A stretch of 64,000 nt of DNA from positions 820,753 through 884,752 of the forward strand of contig CAVWEX010000001.1 of NCBI GenBank assembly GCA_963754125.1, in the 5' to 3' direction. Shown piece by piece: positions 49,248 to 59,763 of this stretch (positions are counted from its first letter, which is position 1; every line of letters starts with the position of its first letter). Position numbers and translations under genes: made by a program. This DNA is from an uncultured Gammaproteobacteria bacterium. Its GTDB lineage: Bacteria; Pseudomonadota; Gammaproteobacteria; Steroidobacterales; Steroidobacteraceae. Under the pieces are notes generated by a model. It saw only the letters and a list, made by a program, of their open reading frames with translations, did not search any database and had not been told where the DNA came from.

Positions 49248-50600
49248 CGGGCGAGGCTCCTGACCGCGGCGGCAAACTCCTCGCCGCGGTGCGCGTAGTC
49301 GCGGTACATGTCGAGGCTCGCGCAGGCCGGCGAGAGCAGCACCGTTTCCCCCGGCCGCGCCGCCGCACGCGCGGCGGCGACCGCGGCGCGCATGTCGGAC
49401 GCGCGCTCGATCCCGCAGACGCCCTCGAGCGCCGCCGCGAGACGCGGCGCGTCGCGGCCGATCAGCACGGCGTGGCGGACCTTGCCCCGGAAGGCGGGCC
49501 GCAGCTCGTCGAAGGCCTGGTTCTTGCCGTCGCCGCCTGCAATCACAACCAGTGTTCCCTCCGTACCCTCGACCGCGGCGATGGTCGCGCCGACGTTGGT
49601 GCCCTTGGAGTCGTTGACGAAGCGCACGCCGCCGACGTCCGCCACCCACTGCGCGCGGTGCGGCAGCCCGCCGAACGCCGCGAGCGCCTCGAGCACCGGC
49701 GCGCGCGGCAGGCCGAGCGCCTCGCTCATCGCGAGCGCGGCGAGCGCATTGGCGGCGTTGTGCCCGCCCTGCAGCCGCAGCGAGGCGAGCGGAATGAGCG
49801 GCTCGCCGCGGCAGGCGAGCAGCGGCTCGCGCCCGGCCAGCAGGCTGTAGTCGGCCGAGGCGTCGCGCAGGCTGAAGCTGAGCACGCGCTGTCCGGCGCG
49901 CGGCATGGCCCGCACGCGCGCGTCGTCCGCATTGACCACCGCGGTCTCGCAGCCGTCGAAGATGCGCGCCTTGGCGGCGCCGTAGTCGTCGAGCGAGTCG
50001 TAGCGATCGAGGTGGTCCGGCGTGACGTTCAGCACCGTGGCCGTCCGGGTGCGCAGCGAGTGCGTGGTCTCGAGCTGGAAGCTCGAGAGCTCCAGCACGT
50101 ACAGCGCGGGCGCCGGGCGCTCGAGCAGGTCGAGCGCCGGGTCGCCGAGGTTCGCGCCCGCGATGGCCGGACGGCCCGCGGCACTCGCGACCTCCGCGAG
50201 CAGCGCGGTGACGGTGCTCTTGCCGTTGGTGCCGGTGACCGCCGCCACCGGCGCCTGCGCCTCGCGCGCGAAGAGCTCGATGTCGCCCACCACCGGCAGG
50301 CCGCGCCGCACGGCTTCGACGGCGACCGGCTCGCGCAGCGAGAGGCCGGGCGAGATCACCACCTGCGCCACGCCCTCGAGCAGCGCGTCGTCGAATGCGC
50401 CGGTGCGCAGCTCGACCTCGGGCACCTGCGCGCGCAGCGACGCCGCGCCCGGGCGGCTCGGCGCGCGTGTCGGCCACGCGCACCGCGAGGCCCTTGCGGC
50501 GCAGGTAGCGCGCGCAGGAGAGCCCCGTGCGGCCGAGCCCGAGCACCAGTGCGCGGGTGCCGGCCTCGAGCGGTGGCAGCATGTGCGGCGCGCCGTTCAT
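49244..50600 (-). CDS. murD: UDP-N-acetylmuramoylalanine--D-glutamate ligase
   Basis: ATG 50600 overlaps the mraY stop (ATGA). Motifs: [27 protein letters not shown]. One extra base in CCCGGG 50448-50453 splits the N-terminus off. Confidence 0.93.
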
Positions 50601-51679
50601 CGCAGCTTCAGCGTGGCGAGGCCGACGAGCACCAGGATCACGGTGAGGATCCAGAAGCGGACGATCACCTTCGGCTCGGCCCAGCCCTTGAGTTCGAAGT
50701 GGTGGTGGATGGGCGCCATGCGGAAGATGCGCTTGCCGCGCAGCTTGTACGATCCAACCTGCAGGATGACGGACACCGTCTCCATGACGAACACGCCGCC
50801 CATGACGAACAGCACGATCTCCTGGCGGACGATCACGGCGATGACGCCGAGCGCGGCGCCGAGGGCGAGCGCGCCGATGTCGCCCATGAACACCTGCGCC
50901 GGGTAGGTGTTGAACCACAGGAAGCCGAGGCCCGCGCCGAAGATGGCCGTGCAGACCACCAGCACCTCGCCGGTGCCCGCGATGTAGGGGATGCCGAGGT
51001 AGTTGGCGAACACCACGTTGCCGGACGCGTAGGCGAACACGCCGAGCGCGCCGGCGACCAGCACCGCCGGCATGATGGCGAGCCCGTCGAGGCCGTCCGT
51101 GAGGTTGACCGCGTTCGACGAGCCCACGATCACGAAATAGGCGAGCACGATGAACAGCGGCCCGAGCGGCAGCACGAAGTCCTTGAAGAACGGCACGATG
51201 AGCGTCGTCTCGATCGGCGTCTGCGCCGTCGCGTACAGCGCGATCGCCGCGCCGAGGCCGGCGACCGACTGCCAGAAGTACTTGTAGCGGGCGACGAGCC
51301 CGCGCGAGTCGCCGACCACCAGCTTGAGGTAGTCGTCCCAGAAGCCGATCAGTCCGAACGCCACGGTGACCGCGAGCACGATCCAGACGAAGCGGTTGGA
51401 GAGGTCCGCCCACAGCAGCGTCGCGGCGACGATCGCCACCAGGATGAGCGCGCCGCCCATGGTCGGCGTGCCGGCCTTGGACAGGTGGCTCTGCGGACCG
51501 TCGGAGCGCACGCGCTGGCCGACCTGGTGCTCGGCGAGCTTGCGGATCATCGGCGGACCGACCAGCAGCGAGATCAGAAGCGCGGTCAGCGCCGCGAGGA
51601 TCGCCCGCAGCGTGAGGTAGCTGAAGACGTTGAAGACGCTGTAGTGCTGGGTGAGCCAGTCGGCGACGTAGCGCAGCAT
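50597..51679 (-). CDS. mraY: Phospho-N-acetylmuramoyl-pentapeptide transferase
   Basis: The ORF is an intact 360 aa: [30 protein letters not shown]. Confidence 0.95.
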   Translation of the reverse strand: MLRYVADWLTQHYSVFNVFSYLTLRAILAALTALLISLLVGPPMIRKLAEHQVGQRVRSDGPQSHLSKAGTPTMGGALILVAIVAATLLWADLSNRFVWIVLAVTVAFGLIGFWDDYLKLVVGDSRGLVARYKYFWQSVAGLGAAIALYATAQTPIETTLIVPFFKDFVLPLGPLFIVLAYFVIVGSSNAVNLTDGLDGLAIMPAVLVAGALGVFAYASGNVVFANYLGIPYIAGTGEVLVVCTAIFGAGLGFLWFNTYPAQVFMGDIGALALGAALGVIAVIVRQEIVLFVMGGVFVMETVSVILQVGSYKLRGKRIFRMAPIHHHFELKGWAEPKVIVRFWILTVILVLVGLATLKLR

Positions 51680-51680
51680 G

Positions 51681-53055
51681 CTAGTGCCCCTCCCCGCCGC
51701 CGGCGCCGAGCGCCGCCGCCACCCGCTCGAGGCGGTTGGAGCGCGAACCCTTCACGAGCACCGTGATCCGCCGGACCCGACGCCTTCCGCGAGCGAGGCG
51801 ATCAGGTCCTCGGCGCTCGCGAACCAGGTGCTGCCGGTGCCGAACGCCTCCACCGCGTGATGCGCCTCCTCACCTACGGCGAGCAGGCGCGTGACGCCGC
51901 ACTGGCGCGCGAACTCGCCGATCTCCGCGTGCAGCTGCGACGACCCCTCGCCGAGCTCGCGCATCTCGCCGAGCACCAGCCAGCGCTCGCCCCCGAGGTC
52001 CTCGAGCGCGCGCAGGCCGGCGCGCACCGAGGCCGGGTTGGCGTTGTAGGAGTCGTCGATCAGGCGCCCGCCGCCCGGGAGCGCCTTGAACTCGAGCCGG
52101 CCCGCGACCGGGCGCATGCCGACGAGACCCTCGACGATGGCCTCGAGCCCGGCTCCGGCGGCGTGGGCCGCCGCGGCGGCCGCGAGCGCGTTCGCCACGT
52201 TGTGCTCGCCGGCCAGCGCGATCGCGACGCGACGGCGGCCGAGCGGACAGGCGAGCTCGAACTCGGTCGCCGGGCCGTCCTCGGACGATCGGCTGTGCAG
52301 GTCCGTCGCGGTGAAGTCGGCGCGCTCGCGCAGGCCGAAGGTGAGGATGCGTCCGGCGCCGCGCGCGAGGCCGTGCCAGTACGCGGCGAAGCGGTCGTCG
52401 GCGTTGATCACCGCCGTCTGTTCGACGCCGAGCCCCGCGAACATCTCGCCCTTGCCCTCGGCCACGCCCTCGAGCCCACCGAAGCCCTCGAGGTGCGCCG
52501 GCCCGGCGTTGATGACGAGGCCCACGTCAGGACGCGCGATGCGCGGCGAGGTGCGCAATCTCCCCGAGGTGATTGGCGCCCATCTCGATCACCGCGTAGC
52601 GATGCGCGGGCTCGAGCCGGGACAGCGTCAGCGGTACGCCGATGTGGTTGTTCAGGTTGCCGCGCGTGACGAGGCAGCTGCCGGCGTGCGCCAGGATCGC
52701 ACCGATCATTTCCTTGGTCGTGGTCTTGCCGTTGCTGCCGGTGATGCCCGACGACCGTGCCGGCGAAGTCGCCGCGCCACGCCGCGGCGAAGGCCGTGAG
52801 CCCGGCGAGCACGTCCGGGACGACGACCTGCGGCAGCGGGACGGACACCGGACGCGCGACCAGCGCACCCGCCGCACCGCGCCCGAGCGCCTCGGGCACG
52901 AACTGGTGGCCGTCGAAGCGCTCGCCGCGCAGCGCCACGAACAGGGCCGCCGGCTCGAGCGCGCGGCTGTCGGTGGTCACGACGCCGAATGCAGCGTCCG
53001 CGCCGTGCAGGACGCCGCCGCTGACCCGCGCGAGCTCGGCGAGGCTGCGGATCAT
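51681..53055 (-). CDS. murF: UDP-MurNAc-tripeptide--D-Ala-D-Ala ligase
   Basis: ATG 53055 overlaps the murE stop (ATGA). Motifs: [21 protein letters not shown]. The true tail ([31 protein letters not shown] 51681-51683) ends 1 nt before the mraY ATG. Frame changes lie near 52750, 52550 and 51770. Confidence 0.9.
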
Positions 53056-54564
53056 GCCTCGGCCCCCAGCGCATCGAGCACGACCTGACGGTCGCTGAAG
53101 GGCCGCGACTCGGCGCCGACGATCTGCCGCTCCTCGTGACCCTTGCCGGCGATCACGACCACGTCCCCGGCGTCGGCCTCGGCGAGCGCGTAGTGGATCG
53201 CCTCGGCGCGGTCGGCGATCACCTGGACCGCGACGCCGTCGCGCATGCCGGCCCGGATCTGCTCGAGGATGGCCTGCGAGGGCTCGCTGCGCGGATTGTC
53301 GTCGGTGAGCACCACCAAGTCTGCGTGCGTCTCTGCGACGGCCCCCATCATCGGCCGCTTGCCGGGGTCGCGGTCGCCGCCGCAGCCGAACACGCAGATG
53401 AGCCGGCCGCGGGCGTGCGAGCGCGCGGCGTCGAGCACCTTGGCGAGCGCGTCGGGCGAGTGCGCGTAGTCCACGAGCGCCAGCGGCTGCACGCCGCCGC
53501 CAAACGCCTCCATGCGTCCAGGCGGCGCGCCGCAGGCGGCGAGCGCCACGAGCGCCTGCTGCAGCGGCACGTTCCAGCCGAGCAGCACGCCCAGCACCGC
53601 CAGCAGGTTTTCCGCGTTGAACTCGCCCACCAGGCGCGAGCGCAGCGTGCCGGCACCCCAGCTGCTCTCGACGTGCAGCGCGAGGCCGGCCGGGGTGGCG
53701 CGCAGCTCGGGCAGGCGGATCCAGCCATTGCCGGGCTCGGTCCACAGCTCGTTCGAGGTGGAATACAGCACGCGGTCGATGCCGGGCTCGAGCCGCTCGA
53801 GGAGCTCGCGACCGAATGCCGTCGCGCGCGTTGATCACGGCCCGGCCGAGTCCCGGCGAGCGGAACAGGCGCGCCTTCGCGTCGCCGTAGGATTCCAGCG
53901 TGCCGTGGTAGTCGAGGTGATCGCGCGTCAGGTTGGTGAACACGGCGGTGTCGAAGCGCACGCCTGCGACCCGGCCCTGGTCGAGCGCATGCGAGGACAC
54001 CTCGAGTCCGAGCGTCTTCGCGCCGGCGTCGCGCGCCTCGGCGAGCCGCCGGTGCACGCTCACGCAGTCGGGCGTCGTGAGTCCCACGTCGCGCAGGGCA
54101 CCCGGACGCCCGAAGCCGAGCGTGCCGAGGTAGGCGCCGCGCCGGCCGAGCAGGTCGGCGGCCTGCGAGAGCAGGTAGGCGCAGGTGGTCTTGCCGTTCG
54201 TGCCCGTGAATCCCACCACTTGCAGCTCCGCGGACGGCTGCCGGAAGAAGCGGTCGGCGATGGCGCCGGCCCGCTGTCCGAGCCCCTCGACCGCGAGCAC
54301 TTCGATGCCGGGCGGCAATGACGGCGGCTCGACCCCCGGAGCGGGCTCCCAGAGCACGGCGACCGCGCCGCGGGCCACGGCCTCGGCGGCGTGGGCGACG
54401 CCGTGCGTGGTGCGACCCGGGCAGGCGAGGAACGCCGCGCCCGGCCCTGCCTGCCGGCTGTCCATCGCGAGGCCCTGGACCTCGAGGTCACGACTCGGCT
54501 GCACCGACCCGTCGAGCAGGTCGGAGAGCCTCGCGCGGTACACGGGCGGGGCCTCGTCTGTCAT
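53052..54564 (-). CDS. murE: UDP-MurNAc-L-Ala-D-Glu--meso-DAP ligase
   Basis: The start is ATG 54564 (or GTG 54591). Motifs: GFTGTNGKTT, TPDCVSVH, DYAHSPDAL, DDNPRSE. There is a frame change near 53830. Confidence 0.92.
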
Positions 54565-54584
54565 CGGCACGGCGTCGGCAGCGT

Positions 54585-56315
54585 TCACCACGGGTCCTTC
54601 GCCTGCACGAGCGTCGTGGCCGGCAGGCGCTGCAGGTCGTCGGGCGGGATCGCGAGCAGGCGCAGCGCGCCCGACATCACGGCGGAGTAGACGGGCGCCG
54701 CGATCTCGCCGGCGTAGTACGCGCCGGCCGACGGTTCGTCGATCACCACGACGGCGGCGAGGCGCGGGTTACTCGCCGGCACGACGCCGCCGAACACGGC
54801 GATGTACTTGTTGGTCGAGTAGCCGCCCTGCTCAGACGCCTTCCACGCCGTGCCCGTCTTGCCGGCCACCTGGTAGCCGAGGACGGCGGCGCGCTGCGCC
54901 GTGCCGCCCTCGCCGACGACGGACTGCATCATGCGCACGAGCTCGCGCGCGACAGCCTCGTCCAGCACGCGCTCACCCTCGGGCGGCGAGTCGAGCCTGC
55001 GCAGGGACACGGGCCGCTGGATGCCACCCGACCCGAGCACGGCGTACGCCTGCGCGAGCTGCAGCGCCGTGACCGACAGTCCGTAACCGTAGGAGATCGT
55101 GGCCTGGTTGATCGGCTTCCAGTGCCGCGGCGGCGGCAGGATGCCGGCGGACTCGCCCGGGAACCCCGAGCCCGTCACGCGACCGAACCCGAAGTGATCG
55201 AACACCGCGTGCATCTGCTCGGGCTTGAGCGTCTGCGCGATCTTGACCACGCCCACGTTGCTCGAGCGTGCCAGCACAGTGGTCACATCGATCGGTCCGA
55301 GGTTGCGCTTGTCCTTCACCGTTCTCGCGCCGACCCGGAGCAGGCCCGGCGAGGTGTCGATCACCGAGTCGGCGCGGATGGTGCCGGTCTCGAGGCCGGC
55401 GGCGACGGCGAAGGGCTTGATGCTCGAGCCGGGCTCGAAGACGTCGTTGGTCGCGCGGTTGCGATAGCGCGAGGCGGCGTACTGCTCGCGGTCGTTGGGA
55501 TTGAAGGCGGGCTGGTTGACCATCGCCAGCACTTCGCCGGTCGCGATGTCGAGCACCACGAGGGAGCCGGCGCGCGCCCGGTGCGCCTGGATGGCGGCCT
55601 TGAGCTCGCGATACGCGAGGTACTGCACGCGCAGGTCGATGCTGGTGTAGAGGTCCTGCCCCGGCCGTGGCGGGCGGATGCGCTCGATGTCGGCGATGGT
55701 CCGCCCGAGGCTGTCGCGCATGACGCGCTTGAGGCCCGGCACGCCCCCGAGCCACTGGTCGAAGGCGAGCTCGAGCCCTTCCTGGCCGACGTCGTCCACG
55801 TTCGTGAACCCGAGCAGGTGGCCCGTGACCTCGCCGGCCGGGTAGTAGCGCCGGTACTCGCGCTGCGTGTTGACCCCGGGAATGCCGAGCGCCTTGACGC
55901 GGTCCGCGTCCTGCGGGCGCATGTGCCGGACGAGGTACACGAACTGGCGGTCGAGGCTGCCGGTGACGCGCCGCGCGAGCCACTGCGGGTCGCGGTCGAG
56001 CGCCCTGGCGAGCTTCGCGAACTCGTGCGGCGCCTGGGCCAGCGTACGCGGGTGGGCCGTGACCGTGTCGACCGGCGTGCTGACTGCGAGCGGCTCGCCG
56101 TTGCGATCGAGGATCATGCCGCGGTTCGCGGACAGCGTCGCCTCGCGGAGGATGCGCGCGTCGCCCTTCTTCTCGAGGAAGTCCTGGTCGATGACCTGCA
56201 GGTACACGGCTCTCGCGACCAGCGCGAGGCCGGCGACGGCGAGCAGGCCGAGCACGAACCACTGGCGCCAGGCGAGACCGGCGGCTTCGGCGGAGGACTG
56301 ACCGGCGCGCTTCAT
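54585..56315 (-). CDS. ftsI: Peptidoglycan D,D-transpeptidase FtsI (PBP3)
   Basis: ATG 56315 overlaps the ftsL stop (ATGA). The frame is intact. It has a TM anchor and the SxxK (GSSIKP), SxN (SSN) and KTG (KTGT) motifs. Confidence 0.93.
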   Translation of the reverse strand: MKRAGQSSAEAAGLAWRQWFVLGLLAVAGLALVARAVYLQVIDQDFLEKKGDARILREATLSANRGMILDRNGEPLAVSTPVDTVTAHPRTLAQAPHEFAKLARALDRDPQWLARRVTGSLDRQFVYLVRHMRPQDADRVKALGIPGVNTQREYRRYYPAGEVTGHLLGFTNVDDVGQEGLELAFDQWLGGVPGLKRVMRDSLGRTIADIERIRPPRPGQDLYTSIDLRVQYLAYRELKAAIQAHRARAGSLVVLDIATGEVLAMVNQPAFNPNDREQYAASRYRNRATNDVFEPGSSIKPFAVAAGLETGTIRADSVIDTSPGLLRVGARTVKDKRNLGPIDVTTVLARSSNVGVVKIAQTLKPEQMHAVFDHFGFGRVTGSGFPGESAGILPPPRHWKPINQATISYGYGLSVTALQLAQAYAVLGSGGIQRPVSLRRLDSPPEGERVLDEAVARELVRMMQSVVGEGGTAQRAAVLGYQVAGKTGTAWKASEQGGYSTNKYIAVFGGVVPASNPRLAAVVVIDEPSAGAYYAGEIAAPVYSAVMSGALRLLAIPPDDLQRLPATTLVQAKDPW

Positions 56316-56587
56316 GGCTGCACGATGCGCAGGTCGCCGGCCTGCGGGATGGTCATGCGCAGCTGGTCGCGGGCCGCCTGCTCGACGCGGCCGTGCCGGG
56401 CCAGCGTGCTCTGCTCGATCTGCAGTTGCCCCCACTCGATGTCGAGGTCGTCACGCACCCGGGTGAGTTGCTGCAGTTCGTAGAAGCGGTTGCGCGCCTC
56501 GTGCTTGGCGTAGATCACGCCGAGCGAGGAGCCGAGCACGGCCACCCAGAGCGCGGCCACGACGAGGCGCCAGCCGGTCGCGCTCAT
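56312..56587 (-). CDS. ftsL: Cell division protein FtsL
   Basis: ATG 56587 overlaps the rsmH stop (ATGA). The protein is 91 aa with a TM helix followed by a coiled coil. Its position is rsmH-ftsL-ftsI. Confidence 0.85.
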   Translation of the reverse strand: MSATGWRLVVAALWVAVLGSSLGVIYAKHEARNRFYELQQLTRVRDDLDIEWGQLQIEQSTLARHGRVEQAARDQLRMTIPQAGDLRIVQP

Positions 56588-57514
56588 GCTGCGAGCCTCT
56601 CGGCCACGCGCAGCACGGCGCTGCGGGCACGCGGGTTGGCGGACACCTCGGCCTCGCCCGCAACGACCGCGCCACCGATGCGCCTGAGCCGCGGCCGCGC
56701 GTGCGGCGGCACCTGCGGCAGCCCGGCGTACACGGGGTCGCCCTGCTCCTCGCGACGGATGAAGCGCTTGGCGATGCGGTCCTCGAGCGAGTGGAAGCTG
56801 ATCACGCACAGGCGACCGCCGGCCGAGAGCAGCCGCACGGCCTGCGGCAGCGCCGACTGCAGCGCCTCGAGCTCGCCGTTCACGTGGATGCGGATCGCCT
56901 GGAACGTGCGCGTCGCCGGGTGCTTGCCGGGCTCGCGGGTCGGGACCGCCGCCGCGACGATCGCGGCGAGCTCGCCGGTGCGGGTCACGGGGGCGATGGC
57001 GCGCGCGGCGACGATCGCGCGCGCGATGCGCCGCGCAAACCGCTCCTCGCCCAGTTCGCGCAGCACGTCGGCGATCTCGCGCTCACCGGCCTTGGCCAGC
57101 CAGTGCGCCGCGCTCTGCCCCGCCTCGTTGTCCATCCGCATGTCGAGCGGCCCGTCCTGCATGAAACTGAAGCCGCGACTGGCCTCGTCGAGCTGCGGCG
57201 AAGAGACCCCGAGGTCCAGCAGCACGCCGTCCAGCTCCCCTTCCACTCCTGCCGCCCGGACCCGCTCCTCGAGCGGGCCGAACGACCCCCGTACCAGCGT
57301 GAGACGCGACTCCCCCGCGAACCGCCGCTGCCCCGCCCGGATCGCCTCGGGATCCCGGTCGATCGCCGACGACCCGGCCCGAGGGACCAAGGGCCGCGAG
57401 GATCGCGGCCGTGTGCCCGCCCCGACCGAAGGTCGCATCGCAGTAGCGCCCGTCGGGACGTATCGCGAGGCCGGCCAGCACTTCGTCGAGAAGTACCGGC
57501 GTGTGCTCCGCCAC
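56584..57514 (-). CDS. rsmH: 16S rRNA m4C1402 methyltransferase
   Basis: GTG 57514. Motifs: [10 protein letters not shown]...[30 protein letters not shown]. One extra G near 57365 splits the gene. Confidence 0.92.
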
Positions 57515-57523
57515 CGGCCGGGC

Positions 57524-57979
57524 CTACAGCGACAGCTGGCCGAGTTCGGCCGGCAGCTCGCCCGGCTCCTCGCCGGCCTGCAGCCAGGCGTCGCGGCGCT
57601 CGTTCCAGTGCATCTCGTCCCAGAGCTCGAACCGGCTGCCCTGCCCGATCAGCATCGCCTGGCGCGTCAACCCCGCGTACTCGCGCAGCTTCGGCGGTAC
57701 CAGCACCCGGCCGTGCGAGTCGAGCTCGAGGTCGGTCGCGTGACCCACCATCAGCCGCTGCAGCCGGCGCGCCTGCGGATTCAGGGTCGGCAGGCGCATC
57801 AGCTTGCGTTCGATCTCTTCCCAGTCCGGCAGGGGGTAGATCAGCAGGCACCGATCGGCACGATCGACCGTCGCGACGAGACGGCCCTCGCTGCGCTCGA
57901 CCAGGGTGTCCCGGTACCGCGCAGGCATGGCCATCCGCCCCTTGGCGTCGAGCGTCACTTTGTTGGCGCCACGAAACAT
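57524..57979 (-). CDS. mraZ: Transcriptional regulator MraZ
   Basis: The ORF is an intact 151 aa with two MraZ repeats (LDAKGRMAMPARYR and LDSHGRVLVPPKLRE). It is the first gene of the dcw cluster. Confidence 0.95.
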   Translation of the reverse strand: MFRGANKVTLDAKGRMAMPARYRDTLVERSEGRLVATVDRADRCLLIYPLPDWEEIERKLMRLPTLNPQARRLQRLMVGHATDLELDSHGRVLVPPKLREYAGLTRQAMLIGQGSRFELWDEMHWNERRDAWLQAGEEPGELPAELGQLSL

Positions 57980-58003
57980 TTCAGGCTGCTGAAGGGCCGG
58001 CGG

Positions 58004-58028
58004 CCCATTTCATCCCACTTTGTCCCAC
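58004..58028 (-). promoter_or_regulatory. MraZ operator: three direct repeats at 10-bp period
   Basis: The minus strand reads GTGGGAcaaaGTGGGAtgaaATGGGC. The boxes start at 58028, 58018 and 58008. They lie between the -10 element and the mraZ ATG, the layout known for E. coli Pmra. Confidence 0.75.
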
Positions 58029-58036
58029 TTCGCGGC

Positions 58037-58066
58037 ACTATAGGTCGCGTGCGCGCGGAGAGTCAA
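58037..58066 (-). promoter_or_regulatory. Sigma-70 promoter Pmra
   Basis: The minus strand reads TTGACT (58066-58061), then 18 nt, then TATAGT (58042-58037). This is about 58 nt upstream of the mraZ ATG. Confidence 0.7.
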
Positions 58067-58347
58067 CGGGCTGTTGCAAAGATTTTCTAGGACGCACAGT
58101 GACTTAGCGTCCAGAAGCTCGACCCGGCGCACCCCGCGGAAAGTACATAGCCATACCAATCAGTCGGTTATCAGAACTTCCTGAAAGTCGAGTCACAAAA
58201 CGGCTGGCGTGGGATTCGCACCCGGGCGGGCGACCGCAATGGAGCGCAAGGTGGCCGGCGCGACGGCGCGGGTGGAGGGATCCAGCGGTGCTGTGGGAGG
58301 CCGATTCCGCTAGTCGGCGAATCCCGGCCGCGCGTGCTCCGGCCGGG

Positions 58348-58364
58348 GTGGGACGAAGTGGGAC
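58348..58364 (+). promoter_or_regulatory. Second pair of MraZ-box-like repeats in opposite orientation
   Basis: GTGGGACgaaGTGGGAC lies on the plus strand with the same 7-mer and the same 10-bp period as the Pmra operator. It is about 320 bp upstream of that operator and about 80 nt beyond the rnpB 3' end. Confidence 0.35.
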
Positions 58365-58440
58365 ATAAGGCGTCCGCACCGCACCGGACGACGGGAAGCG
58401 TCACCCGCCGGACTTGACGGAATCAATTTACTCTGATCGG

Positions 58441-58815
<375 letters not shown>

Positions 58816-58838
58816 GGACATTATAAGGTGACGCTGCA

Positions 58839-59743
58839 TTAGTCCGCTTGGAAAAGGCCTGCGCCTCCCTTGAGCCGCAACGCGCGTTCGTAGAGTTCCT
58901 TGCGCGGTCGCCCGGTGAGCTGGGCGGCGAGCTTGGCGGCCTGCGATACGGGCAGGTCGTCGAGCAGGACGCGCAGGACGCGATCCGCATCGCCATCGCC
59001 CGCAACGATCGCCTGCAGCGCGCCCTGCACGATGATCACGATCTCGCCGCGCACCATGTCCGGATCCGTTGCCGATCGACGTGCCAGCGAGCCGAGCGAG
59101 CCGCGATAGACGGTCTCGAATCGCTTGGTGAGCTCGCGCGCCACCGCGGCCGGGCGATCCTCGCCGAGCGACGGCAGCGAGGTCCTCGAGCGTCTCGGCC
59201 AGCCGGTGCGGGGCCTCGTAGAACACCAGCGTGCGCACCTCGCCGGCCAGCGCTTCGAGCGCGCGCCGGCGCGCCGCCTGCTTCGGCGGCAGGAATCCCT
59301 CGAAAGCGAAGCGTGCCGCCGGCAGGGCGGCCACGGACAGCGCCGCGATCGCCGCGCACGGGCCGGGCACGGCCACGACCTCGATCGCCGGCCGCGGCGG
59401 CGGCTTGCACCAGCACCGCTCCCGGGTCGCTCACGAGCGGCGTTCCCGCATCGCTCACCAGCGCCACCGACGCGCCGCCCAGCAGTCGCTCGACGAGGCC
59501 CGGCACCCGCGCCGGCTCGTTGTGCTCGTGCAGCGACTCGAGCGCGCCGCGGGACCGCTCGATGCCACAGGCGTTGAGCAGCTGGCGCGTGTGCCGCGTG
59601 TCCTCGGCGAGCAGCAGGTCGGTGTCGCGCAGCACGTCGCGCGCGCGGACGGAAAGGTCGGCGAGGTTGCCGATCGGGGTGGCGACGACGAACAGTGTGC
59701 CCTGCCCGGGTCGCGCTATAGAATCCGCCGGGTCTCCGGTCAC
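58839..59743 (-). CDS. rsmI: 16S rRNA 2'-O-ribose C1402 methyltransferase
   Basis: GTG 59743. Motifs: [59 protein letters not shown]. The gene is in three ORF pieces, with frame changes near 59400 and 59170. Confidence 0.9.
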
Positions 59744-59763
59744 GGGCGCTCCTCGTTTTCACC

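Noticed and set aside
58205-58330. tRNA-like fragments (GGGATTCGCACCC resembling a T-arm, and CGGGCGGGCGACC).
   Set aside because: No cloverleaf can be drawn. There is no acceptor pairing, anticodon arm or CCA-adjacent stem. I treat it only as an inverted repeat in an unexplained spacer.
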